From Macrostomum lignano (taxonomy: Eukaryota): DNA of 64,000 bases. The notes beneath the pieces are model-generated. The model had not been told where the DNA came from and ran no database searches. It saw only the letters and a program-made list of their open reading frames with translations. The stretch covers positions 248,001 through 312,000 of the forward strand of contig NIVC01001195.1 in NCBI GenBank assembly GCA_002269645.1. The letters run 5' to 3'. This document shows, in pieces, positions 1 to 11,600 of the stretch. Numbering within the stretch: position 1 is the stretch's first letter; every line of letters begins with the position of its first letter. Both the position numbers and the translations under genes were made by a program.

Positions 1-416
1 CAAAGGGAAGGCTACTGCCAACCCCGGCATCTCCGGCAAGAGCGGGGCGCAGTCTAAGGCCCAAGGAAAGGCGCAAGCCGATCCCAAAGCCAAAGCTGCA
101 TCTCCCCTCTGCTAGCAGCAGTTCGGCGACCGCGGTAACGGCTCCGGCCGAGCCCCGGGAACCAAACCTGCCAGTCGGAGAAGGAGTTGAGGACGAGGCC
201 GGGTCTTCGGAATCCGAGCTCTCCTCGGCCACCTTGGTGGGGTCTGAAGGTAAAGATGCAGGTGAGGAAGCTTCCTCCATCCTGTCATCGGAGCCTGAGG
301 ACTCTGCTGGGGGGGCCGGTGGGGGTGAGGAGGCCATGGACGTCGACCAACTCCCATCTCCCAGTCAAGCCCCAGCGGCCTGGGACGAGGACGATCTGTT
401 GTCCAAGTCTCCTTGA
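1..416 (+). pseudogene. 3' part of LINE ORF1 (Lys/Ala-rich then acidic tail), one frameshift near 105
   Basis: The frame starting at base 2 (KGKATANPG...KAKAASP) continues into the frame at 108 (SASSSS...WDEDDLLSKSP*, TGA 414-416) across a C run, just upstream of ORF2. Confidence 0.6.
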
Positions 417-455
417 TGGCCCTGGGCTCTAGCCAGATATTGCATTTAATACAGT

Positions 456-3400
456 ATGACTAAGCTCCACGCTGCCAAAGGAGCGACATTCTGTCTGCAA
501 ATAAATTTACAGCATTGCGTATCTGCGTCAGTAAATCTGATGAAGATTGCTGAGCTGTACAGGCCAGGCCTCATCCTGATCCAGGAACCCTGGATGCGCA
601 ACGGTAAGTTGCCCAACATTCCCTCTGGCTACTCTGATTTTTATGTGTGTGGCCCGGGAACAGCCGCCCTAGAGCGGCTATCCTCGCTGCTAGCCATCTC
701 CAGGCTTGGCTGAGGACTGATCTCTCTGATGGAGACCTTTGCGTCATCCAATCTAATCATTTCTCTCCGCGTACGTGTCTTGTTGCCTCGGTTTATATCC
801 CAGGCGACAGAGACCCTGCTCCGAGAGTTTACTGCGCCTTGCGCAGTACTGCGAGTCCCAGAACGCTGAGCTGTGCTTAGGGGGCGACCTCAACGCGCAC
901 CACAAGCACTGGGGCAGCAAAGATACCAACACTAGAGGAGAGGAGCTTCTGGCCCTCATCTCTAACACAAACCTCATGCTCTGCAACCGCGGCAGCACTC
1001 CTACCTTTAATAATGGCAGATGGACCGAGGTCCTCGACGCCACACTCGTTACCCCAAGACTCTTTGACAGAGTCAAGGAGTGGAGAGTCTGGTCTGAGGA
1101 GCCCTCCCTGTCTGACCACTGCTTTATCGCCTTTAATATCGCGGACACTAAAACCCAGTCTCCGATCACTTGGAGACGCAATATCCGCAACACTGATTGG
1201 GCGGCCTACAAGGCTGCCCTTGATCTGCACCTGCAGGAACTCACGGACTTACGTCCGATTGAGACCTGCGAGGATGTGGATCATATGGCTGAGACGCTGA
1301 CAGGTTGCATTATTGCAGCCTACGAAGCGGCTTGTCCTGCTCGCGCCTACAGAGGCAAGACCTCGGCGCCGTGGTGGAACCCGGAGCTGGGGAAACTCAG
1401 GCGGAAGGCCAAAAGCCTTCATCGCCGTGCCATGAAGACCGGAAACCCGGAGGACATGGAGCTTTTCCGGCAAGCCTCCCGCAATTTCAAATCTGAAGTG
1501 CGCAAGGCCAAGGAATGTAAGTGGCGCCAATTCTGCAATGAATTGGATCAAGACAGACCTACTTCTAGGCTTGTCAAGGCCCTTACAATGGACAAAATGT
1601 CCAAATTAGCCATGATCAAAAAAGATGATGGCTCTCTTACTAAAGACCCTGAAGAAGTGCTTCAGCATATGCTTAGCACATTCTTCCCGAGGGTACCTAC
1701 TGCTAGACCGGAGCCCAACCATTCGATGGATGGAGCCACCCTAGCGGCGGGCATTGTCACTGAAGACCTAATCGCTCGTGCGGTCAGAACCTTCAAACCC
1801 TTCAAATCTCCTGGACCTGATGGTATCTACCCTGTTCTCCTTCGTGAAGCAGCCAAGATACCCTCGTTCCTGAGACTCACCCGCAATCTTATGCGGGCCT
1901 CTATCCAGCTGGGATACGTTCCCAAAAGCTGGACTGAAGCTCGAGTAGTCTTTATTCCCAAACCTGGGAAGGGTGACTACCAAAGCGTCAAGGCCTTCCG
2001 GCCAATTAGCTTAACGTCAGCAATGCTTAAGCTCACTGAGAGGCTTATTCTCTGGCGGCTGCTCTCCTGCGAGCTGACAGCGATGCCCCTCAGCAATAAT
2101 CAGCACGCCTTCCGTACCGGGAGGTCGACTGACAGCGCCCTGCATGCGATTGTCGAAAAGATTGAACGGGCGGTACTGGGTGACGGTTACGCCCTGGCTC
2201 TCTTTCTTGACATTGTTGGCGCCTTCGACAACGTTATCTTTGAAGCGTTTCAGAGGGCCCTTCAAAATCGCAAAGCTCATGCTACCCTCATACGGTGGAT
2301 CATGTACATGATCTCCAACCGTACGGTCACTGCCCAACTTCTTGGGCAAACTGCCTCCACCAGAGTCTGTAAGGGTGGACCCCAAGGCGGAGTCCTCACC
2401 CCGACGCTCTGGAACCTGGTCATGGACGCTCTTCTGAGTGACTCCCGACCTGACCCCGTCTTCAAAGTCGGGTATGCTGATGACGTCACGGCCATTGTGG
2501 CAGGACCGTCTCCCAGCACGCTCAGGGATCTGATGCAGAGCTTTATCCGCAAAGCAGAATCCTGGGCCAATGACAATGGTTTGGAACTCTCTGAGCCCAA
2601 AACCGTTGCCATTATGTTTACCAGCAGACTACGCTGGAACATACGTCCTCTGCAGCTCTACGGCAGAGATATTGCCTTCGCGCACCAGACCAGATGTCTC
2701 GGGGTCACACTTGACCACCGGCTCAACTGGTCCTTCCACGTGAAAGCAAAAGCTAAGCGTGCCTCAGCCATCCTGGCCCAGCTCCGACGAGCACTTGGCA
2801 CTTCTTGGGGTCTATCCCCAAAGCGGCTTTGGTGGATCTATACTTCCGTAGTTAGACCTGCCATTACGTACGCCTCTGTTGTCTGGGTTAGCGCTACCCA
2901 GGTCAAAAGCCATGCAGACCTGCTCAACACGATCCAAGGCAGAGCGTGTAGGCTCATCTGCAACGCCACCAGGTCCACGCCCTTTGCTGGCATGGGGGCC
3001 TTTCTTAATCTTCCGCCTCTTGACCTCTTCATCAGGGGTGAGGCGGCTAGAACGACGCGGCGTCTAATTGATGCCGGCGTCAAATTCATTTACATGAGAG
3101 CACCTGCTAAGCGGAACCTTGTCCCGCATAGCGATCTGTGCCTCAACTTTCTCAACGAGTGTCAGGCCAATCGCGTCTTCACCGATGGCATTGCCTCAAC
3201 GCTCAACCTGAGACAGCGCTACTCCGTAGCTATCGACTCGCGCGATAACATCAATGACCATTGGAACCCTGGTGAGCTTCATTGCTACACCGACGGTTCT
3301 AAGCAGTCAGCCAACACCGGCTTTGGTGTTGGAATCTTTCTGAACGGGAGGGTCATCGCTACCCACGCTCAATACACTGGGGTCAACTCCAGTGTTTTCC

Positions 3401-4194
3401 AAAATGAAGTTCTGGCCATCAGCTCCTGCACTGCAGAGCTTCTCGCCACTGGCGTTACTGGTAAGAACATCATTTTCCATTCGGACAGCCAAGCTGCCTT
3501 GCACGCCATCAGTGGCTGCAGCACCAACTCTGCTACAGTCCTTGACTGTATCAAACTCCTCAATGTGTTGGGTTCCGCCAACAAAATTACCCTTAAGTGG
3601 GTTCCGGGGCATGTGGGGATCCGAGGAAATGAGTTGGCTGACACCCTTGCAAAAGTTGGTGCCTCCGGCTCCTCTCTCGGCCCCGAACCTCTTGTCCCGA
3701 TTCCTGGCTGTGTCATCGACTCGCGCATCAAAGCGTGGATCAGGACTCAGCACCGCTCGACTTGGGCGAACCGCACGAACTGCAGGCAATCCAGAGGCGC
3801 TGTCCCTCAGCCCTCTCACCAGCTCCGGAAGCTCCTCTTGCGCCTCTCGCGCAGAGACATCCGGGCTGCCACCATGACCCTCTCTGGTCACGGCTGCTTC
3901 TCCAGGCACCAGTACCTGCAGGGCAACGCCACCAACGCCACCTGTAGTTTCTGCAACTCAGGTGACGAAACCGCTGAGCATTTCGTCAGCATCTGTCCCG
4001 CCTTCACGCGGGCCAGACTCACTTACCTCGGGCCACACACATCTATTACTGAAGCGTGCAAACCCGAAAACTTTAATCAGCTCATGCGCTACCTTCGGGC
4101 CACCCGCAGGGCTGAACTCTCCTTTCCAGAGAGCACCATAGCTGCTGGCGACACTGGGGGACCTCCCTGGGCGGCGCCAACCCTCCGTCCATAG
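456..4194 (+). CDS. LINE ORF2 polyprotein (endonuclease, reverse transcriptase, RNase H, zinc knuckle) with two -1 frameshifts in the endonuclease (~655, ~825)
   Basis: Three overlapping ORFs (456.., 647.., 775..4194) together give a continuous APE domain. The 1139-aa ORF is uninterrupted from mid-APE to the C-terminus. Confidence 0.9.
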
Positions 4195-4293
4195 CGACGC
4201 GTCGGCCGTTCAGGGACTAGCGGAATGGGCGCCCGCGCCTTCCCGCTGTGTCCCCTCCGGGACAGCCCTGCAGCTAAGTCAAAGTAAGTCAAG

Positions 4294-4790
4294 CCCCCTG
4301 CCCCAATGGCCAACTACCCCACTCCCTGCCCCTCATAGCCACCCCCTCTCACCCTGCCCCAATGGCCAACTACCCCACTCCCTGCCCCTCATAGCCACCC
4401 CTCTCACCCTGCCCCAATGGCCAACCACCCCACTCCCTGCCCCTCATAGCCACCCCCTCTCACCCTGCCCCATGGCCAACCACCCCACTCCCTGCCTCTC
4501 ATGGCCACCCCCTCTCTCCATGCCCCTATTGACAACCACCAGAATTCCTGACTTTCATAGCCACCCCTCTCTCCCTGCCTCCATGGCCAAGCACCCCTCT
4601 CCCTGGCTTTCATAGCCACCCCTCTCTCCCTGCTCCCATGGCCAACCACCAGACTCCCTGACTTTCATGGCCACCCCCTCTTTCCCTGCCCCTCATAACC
4701 AACTTGAACCTTCCTGCCTGCTGCCCTGCCGCTTCTCTTCCTGCCCATGGACAACTGCCCCCACTCCCAGCCCCACATAGCCAACCACCT
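4294..4790. repeat. Minisatellite, 55-56-nt unit built from two ~28-nt subunits, decaying rightwards
   Basis: ccctgccccaatggccaactaccccact / ccctgcccctcatagccaccccctctca repeats. Confidence 0.85.
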
Positions 4791-5637
4791 CAATCCAGAC
4801 CCAATAGATTCTTATCATTGATTCTTAATCAGCAAATCAAGAAACACACGAACACAAAAAATTACATTCTCTAAAATAATTTCGCATTATAGTAGATACA
4901 CTACAAACGTTATCATGTGAAGAAAAAACGGAATTAATACAGCTAAATTCATTCAACTTAAATCATTTATGCCTTTTACTTTGTAATAAAATCATCACGA
5001 ATAAAATTGCTTTGGCCTAATAAGAAGGTCTATTTACGCAATACATAGCACATGAAATTTAAACGGACGCAAGATACAGGTCCATTATAGAAAAATATGA
5101 AAATTTTATGAAGAAACAAAAGTAATACCAATTCAAAACGCTTTATATGGCCTCGTACGCTTCATCTCCGTTGCATGCCAAAAATAAAAAGCTGTTAATG
5201 CTTGTTTGCAATATCTTATCTATCTTCTGAATCGCAGTCCATGCACCTGATCCATATCTTGGCGTTTCTAGAATTTTTTTTATTGGTGTTGAAGAACATT
5301 GTGAAAAAGTATTCATTTGCCGAGAGAAAACCGCACTGTTCAGTAATAAAACACACTTTTTGTTAGACTGTTAGACCATGTCAAGGGGGGTCAGCTGACC
5401 TCATTCACTGGGGTCATTTGACCTTGTCAAGGGGGGGGGTCAGCTGACCTCATTCTGTGGGGGTTAATAGACCCTGTCGAGTGGGGTCACTTGACCTCAT
5501 CAAAAAGGGGTTCATTTGACTTAACGAATGAATTAAGGGAGCAGTCTGCTTACAGACACCATGAGCAGCAGAATGCAGAGCGGCAGCGCAGTTTCAGATG
5601 ATCAGACGATCCACAATGACTCAGCCGAGGCACCGCT

Positions 5638-8600
5638 TCAGGCGTTCGGCTCGCTGATCTGTTGCATGAAGATTTGAAAACGGCCCGGATGGCGGAGATC
5701 CGGGCTGGTGTGAAGGCAGAAGCGGGACTCGAACTCCATCTGACCCACGCACTGCGGGGCGATTGCGGTCTTGACAGGTTTCTTGTCTCAGGGCCTCACC
5801 TGTGCCTGTCTCAGGGCCTCACCTGTGCCTGTCTCAGGGCCTCACCTGTGCCTGTCTCAGGGCCTCACCTGTGCCTGTCTCAGGGCCTCACCTGTGCCTG
5901 TCTCAGGGCCTCACCTGTGCCTGTCTCAGGGCCTCACCTGTGCCTGTCTCAGGGCCTCACCTGTGCCTGTCTCAGGGCCTCACCTGTGCCTGTCTCAGGG
6001 CCTCACCTGTGCCTGTCTCAGGGCCTCACCTGTGCCTGTCTCAGGGCCTCACCTGTGCCTGTCTCAGGGCCTCACCTGTGCCTGTCTCAGGGCCTCACCT
6101 GTGCCTGTCTCAGGGCCTCACCTGTGCCTGTCTCAGGGCCTCACCTGTGCCTGTCTCAGGGCCTCACCTGTGCCTGTCTCAGGGCCTCACCTGCGCCTGT
6201 CTCAGGGCCTCACCTGTGCCTGTCTCAGGGCCTCACCTGTGCCTGTCTCAGGGCCTCACCTGTGCCTGTCTCAGGGCCTCACCTGTGCCTGTCTCAGGGC
6301 CTCACCTGTGCCTGTCTCAGAGCCTCACCTGTGCCTGTCTCAATGGTTCACCTGTGCCTGTCTCAAGGCCTCTCATGTGCCTGTCTCAAGGCCTTTTCTG
6401 TGCCTGTCTCAATGCCTCACCTGTGCCTGTCTCAGGGCCTCATCTGTGCCTGTCTCAATGCCTCACTTGTGCCTGTCTTAACTTATCACCTCTGCCTGTC
6501 TCAATGTCTTACCTATTCCAACCCGCTAATGTTTCCCGTCACGTGCTGTAATCAGCTGGTTGATGCTACTCAAGTTAGATACTACTAGCAAAAGTAGCAA
6601 GGCTTGAAAATGTAGCAGGTAACAAATGTGACAAATAGAATTGGATTTTTGAGCTTGTTGGCAATTAAAACACTTAAGCATTTGCAGCCAGAGGGTCTTG
6701 AATTTGCACACTGGGCAGCTCAAGATGAATGCACTGAGACTGGCAGCTTTCTATTCAAGTAAGCGCTGTGCCAATGCTGTTTAAGAGACCATTAAATTCC
6801 CGCCAGCTGTACAGCAGCGCAGCAGGCCGTTGCTGAGCACTCACCTCATCAGTGATGCTCACGGGAATTCCGCCAGGGCCGTGCAGCAAAACCTGCGAGA
6901 TTTTGTCCGAATCCAACTGGAACAGGCCGGACACCTTGGAGCAGAGCTCCGCCTGCGACAGCTGCGCCAGGTACACCGGGTGGAACACTGCAATATTGGG
7001 TCAGGGGTCATTGGGTACACCGGGTGGAACACTGCAATATTGGGTCAGGGGTCATTGGTACACCGGGTGGAACACTGCAATATTGGGTCAGGGGTCATTG
7101 GGTACACCGGGTGGAACACTGCAATATTGGGTCAGGGGTCATTGGTACACCGGGTGGAACACTGCAATATTGGGTCATAGGGTCACTGGGTCATAGGGTC
7201 ACTGGGTCATAGGGTCACTGGGTCATAGGGTCACTGGGTCATAGGGTCACTGGGTCATAGGGTCACTGGGTCATAGGGTCACTGGGTCATAGGGTCACTG
7301 GGTCATAGGGTGACTGGGTCATAGGGTGACTGGGTCATAGGGTCACTGGGTCATAGGGTCACTGGGTCATAGGGTCACTGGGTCATAGGGTCACTGGGTC
7401 ATAGGGTCACTGGGTCATAGGGTCATTGGGTCATAGGGTCACTGGGTCATAGGGTCACTGGGTCATAGGGTCACTGGGTCATAGGGTCACTGGGTCATAG
7501 GGTCACTGGGTCATAGGGTCACTGGGTCATAGGGTCACTGGGTCATAGGGTCACTGGGTCATAGGGTGACTGGGTCATAGGGTCACTGGGTCATAGGGTC
7601 ACTGGGTCATAGGGTCACTGGGTCATAGGGTCACTGGGTCATAGGGTCACTGGGTCATAGGGTCATTGGGTCATAGGGTCACTGGGTCATAGGGTCACTG
7701 GGTCATAGGGTCACTGGGTCATAGGGTCACTGGGTCATAGGGTCATTGGGTCATAGGGTCACTGGGTCATAGGGTCACTGGGTCATAGGGTCACTGGGTC
7801 ATAGGGTCACTGGGTCATAGGGTCACTGGGTCATAGGGTCACTGGGTCATAGGGTCACTGGGTCATAGGGTCACTGGGTCATAGGGTCACTGGGTCATAG
7901 GGTCACTGGGTCATAGGGTCACTGGGTCATAGGGTCACTGGGTCATAGGGTCACTGGGTCATAGGGTCACTGGGTCATAGGGTCACTGGGTCATAGGGTC
8001 ACTGGGTGATGGTTCATGGGTCATAGTTCCCATGGTTATTGGAGCAACTGATCATCATGAAGCACATCAGATGAAGGACAGGAGTGTCTGTCCACTCCAG
8101 CTATTAGGGTGCACACTTCAGGCACTTCATGCACTTCAGGTCATATGCTAGCTCATAGGAACATGAAGCATGAAGGGTCCCGCACCGCTCTCGCTCTCCT
8201 GGCTAACGTAGATCAGCAGCGGCGGCCGCTGCCTATTTCGGCCGGTCAGGCAGTTGGCCAAGCGAATGCCTTCAACCCGGCCGCACAACTCGGCCAGGTC
8301 GGCCCGGTTCAGCCGCAGCAGGTCGGTTCCGCCGAAGCCGGCCAGCCTGCCGATGAGTTCCGGCTGGAACCGGTGCCGCTGCAGCCAGTCCGCCACTTGG
8401 CGAGGCGAAGTCGACGGCGAGATGGACAGCGGCTGTGGCCTCGCCGAGGCGTCGGTGGTCGAAGGCGGAAATGGCGGATGCGGAGGCGGTGAGTGCGCGG
8501 ACAGCGGGCTGCCTGTTGAGGCGCCGGAGCTGAAGGAGCCCGCCGGCTGCTGCTGTGGCTGCTGGCTGCGAAGGAGGGAGAGAGCAGGGTAATGGTCGAG

Positions 8601-11600
8601 TCATTGGCAGGTAAAACCGGTTAGTGGCGACTGAACGATGCGTCCAAGAAGTGATGTAAACCCCAGTCCAAGGAGTGACGGAAATTCCAGTCCAGGGAGT
8701 GACGGAAATCCCAGTCCAAGAAGTGACGGAAACCCCAGTCCAAGGAGTGACGGAAACCCCAGTCCAGAGAATGACGGAAATCCCAGTCTAAGGAGTGACC
8801 GAAAGCCCAGTCTGGGTTTTTTAAGGTTGGAAATCCAGTTGCCAATGGCTATTTTTGGTTGCCCATTGGCAACTAGCTAAATTCTCAAGGACAGACTAAG
8901 CACTGTATGACTGCAGGAATAAGACTGTCTGGGACTTGTTATTTGCATTTTAATTTTTCGCAACTTAGTATTTGCCACAACTTAGATTCATATGGCACTT
9001 TTATTATACTTTACAAAATCATTTTTTGAAATTGGCAACTGGCACAGGGAAAATAAAGTTGCCAGATTGGCCTCTGATGCCAAAAATCCAGTTGCCAATG
9101 AGATTTTTAAGGGGCCAAAAACCCAAATGGCCCAAAAAATAAACCCAGAGCCCAGTCTAAAGAGTGACGGAAATCCCAGTCTAAGGAGTGACGGAAATCC
9201 CAGTCTAAAGAGTGACGGAAATCCCAGTACAAGGAGTGACGGAAATCCCAGTCCAAGGAGTGACGGAAATCCCAGTCTAAAGAGTGACGGAAATCCCAGT
9301 CCAAGGAGTGACGGAAATCCCAGTCCAAGGAGTGACGGAAATCCCAGTCCAAGGAGTGACGGAAATCCCAGTCCAAGGAGTGACAGAAATCGATCCCAGT
9401 CAAATGAGTGACCTAAATAGCACTTACGAGAACATCTCAGGCTCCGCAGGCGCCATCTGTGCAAGCGCGCTTCCCAACGAAGACTTGCCGAGAGCGCAGC
9501 AGTGGCTCGGCAGACTGCCGCAGCTGCTGGTGCTGTTGTGCCGGTGGGTCCTGCTGTCAGCCGCGGTCGAGACTGGCGGCGTCAGGGCAGTTGGCCGGAA
9601 CAGGGTGACCGGCGCAGACGGCTGGTACTTGCTGCGCTCGGCGTCTGTGCGCCTTTCGAATTTCTTAAAATCCATCTTGTGCTTGCGGTCGGCGCCCTTC
9701 GGCTTGAACACCTGCGCGCCGGTCACGGGGGGGGCGCTGCGACTCAGGGCAAGGCGGCTGGAGAAGAGAGCACAGGTGTGGGCCAAAGGAACGGAGGGAT
9801 GGGGAATTGTGAGGGAGGGATGGGGAATTGTAAGGGAGGGACGGGGAATTGTGAGGGGCGGATGGGGATGTGAGGGAGGGATGGGGATGTGAGGGAGGGA
9901 TGGGGAATTGTGAGGGAGGGATGGGGATGTGAGGGAGGAATGGGGATGTGAGGGAGGGATGGGGAATTGTGAGGGAGGGATGGGGAATTGTGAGGGAGGG
10001 ATGGGGAATTGTGAGGGGCGGATGGGGAATTGTGAGGGAGGGATGGGGATGTGAGGGAGGGATGGGGAATTGTGAGGGGAAGTGGGAGGGGAAGTGGGGA
10101 TGGGGAATTGTGAGGGAGGAATGGGGAATTGTGAGGGAGGAATGGGGATTTGTGAGGGAGGGATGGGGAATTGTGAGGGAGGAATGTGGATTTGTGAGGG
10201 AGGGATGGGGAATTGTGAGGGAGGGATGGGGAATTGTGAGGGAGGGATGGGGAATTGTGAGGGAGGGATGGGGATTGTGAGGGAGGGATGGGGAATTATG
10301 AGGGGAAGTGGGAGGGGAAGTGGGGATGGGGAATTGTGAGGGAGGAATGGGGAATTGTGAGGGAGGAATGGGGATTTGTGAGGGAGGGATGGGGAATTGT
10401 GAGGGAGGAATGTGGATTTGTGAGGGAGGGATGGGGAATTGTGAGGGAGGGATGGGGAATTATGAGGGGAAGTGGGAGGGGAAGTGGGGATGGGGAATTG
10501 TGAGGGGAAGTGGGAGGGGAAGTGTGGATGGGGAATTGTGAGGGAGGAATGGGGAATTGTGAGGGAGGAATGGGGATTTGTGAGGGAGGGATGGGGAATT
10601 GTGAGGGAGGGATGGGGATGTGAGGGAGGGATGGGGAATTGTGAGGGGAAGTGGGAGGGGAAGTGGGGATGGGGAATTGTGAGGGAGGAATGGGGAATTG
10701 TGAGGGAGGAATGGGGATTTGTGAGGGAGGGATGGGGAATTGTGAGGGAGGAATGTGGATTTGTGAGGGAGGGATGGGGAATTGTGAGGGAGGGATGGGG
10801 AATTGTGAGGGAGGGATGGGGAATTGTGAGGGAGGGATGGGGATTGTGAGGGAGGGATGGGGAATTATGAGGGTAAGTGGGAGGGGAAGTGGGGATGGGG
10901 AATTGTGAGGGAGGGATGGGGAATTGTGAGGGAGGGATGGGGAATTATGAGGGGAAGTGGGAGGGGAAGTGGGGATGGGGAATTGTGAGGGAGGAATGGG
11001 GATTTGTGAGGGAGGGATGGGGAATTGTGAGGGAGGGATGGGGAATTGTGAGGGAGGAATGGGGATTTGTGAGGGAGGGATGGGGAATTGTAAGGGAGGG
11101 ATGGGGAATTGTGAGGGAGGGATGGGGATTGTGAGGGAGGGATGGGGAATTATGAGGGGAAGTGGGAGGGGAAGTGGGGATGGGGAATTGTGAGGGAGGA
11201 ATGGGGATTTGTGAGGGAGGGATAAGGAATTGTGAGGGAGGGATGGGGAATTGTGAGGGAGGGATGAGGAATTGTGAGGGAGGGATGGGGATTGTGAAGG
11301 ACGGATGAGGAATTGTGAGGGAGGGATGGGGATTGTGAGGGAGGGATGGGGAATTGTGATGGAGGGATGGGGATTGTGAAGGACGGATGAGGAGTTGTGA
11401 GGGAGGGATGGGGAATTGTGATGGAGGGATGGGGAATTGTTAGGGGAAGTGGGGATGGGGAATTGTGAGGGAGGGATGGGAATAGTGAGGGGAAGTGGGA
11501 AGGGAATGGGGAATTGTGGGGGAAGTGATAGGGGAATGGGGAATTGTGAAGGAGTGATGGTGAAAGTGAGGGGAAGCGGAGGAAATGGGGAATTGTGAGG

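Larger units (their letters stand above)
1..4292 (+). mobile_element. Non-LTR retrotransposon (LINE, I group; LOA/R1-like) cut by the window's left edge: ORF1 3' end, ORF2 (APE-RT-RNaseH-CCHC), short 3' UTR ending in a TAAGTCAA-type repeat
   Basis: ORF2 motifs: APE (QINLQH, LIQEPW, GDLNAHH, SDH), RT (KSPGPDG, PISLTS, QHAFRTGRST, QGGVLTPTLWNLVMD, YADD), RNase H (CYTDGS, SDSQAAL, WVPGHVGIRGNELAD), CCHC (CSFC..ETAEHFVSIC). 3' end taagtcaaagtaagtcaa at ~4275-4292. Clade call is from remembered motif style, not a search. Confidence 0.93.

Noticed and set aside
5662-6588. Long ORFs made of repeated peptides (also 10296-11963, 26332-27787, 28596-30329, 36047-36886, 56883-58052)
   Set aside because: They are translations of stop-free minisatellite units inside introns or UTRs, open in several frames, with no coding signal.
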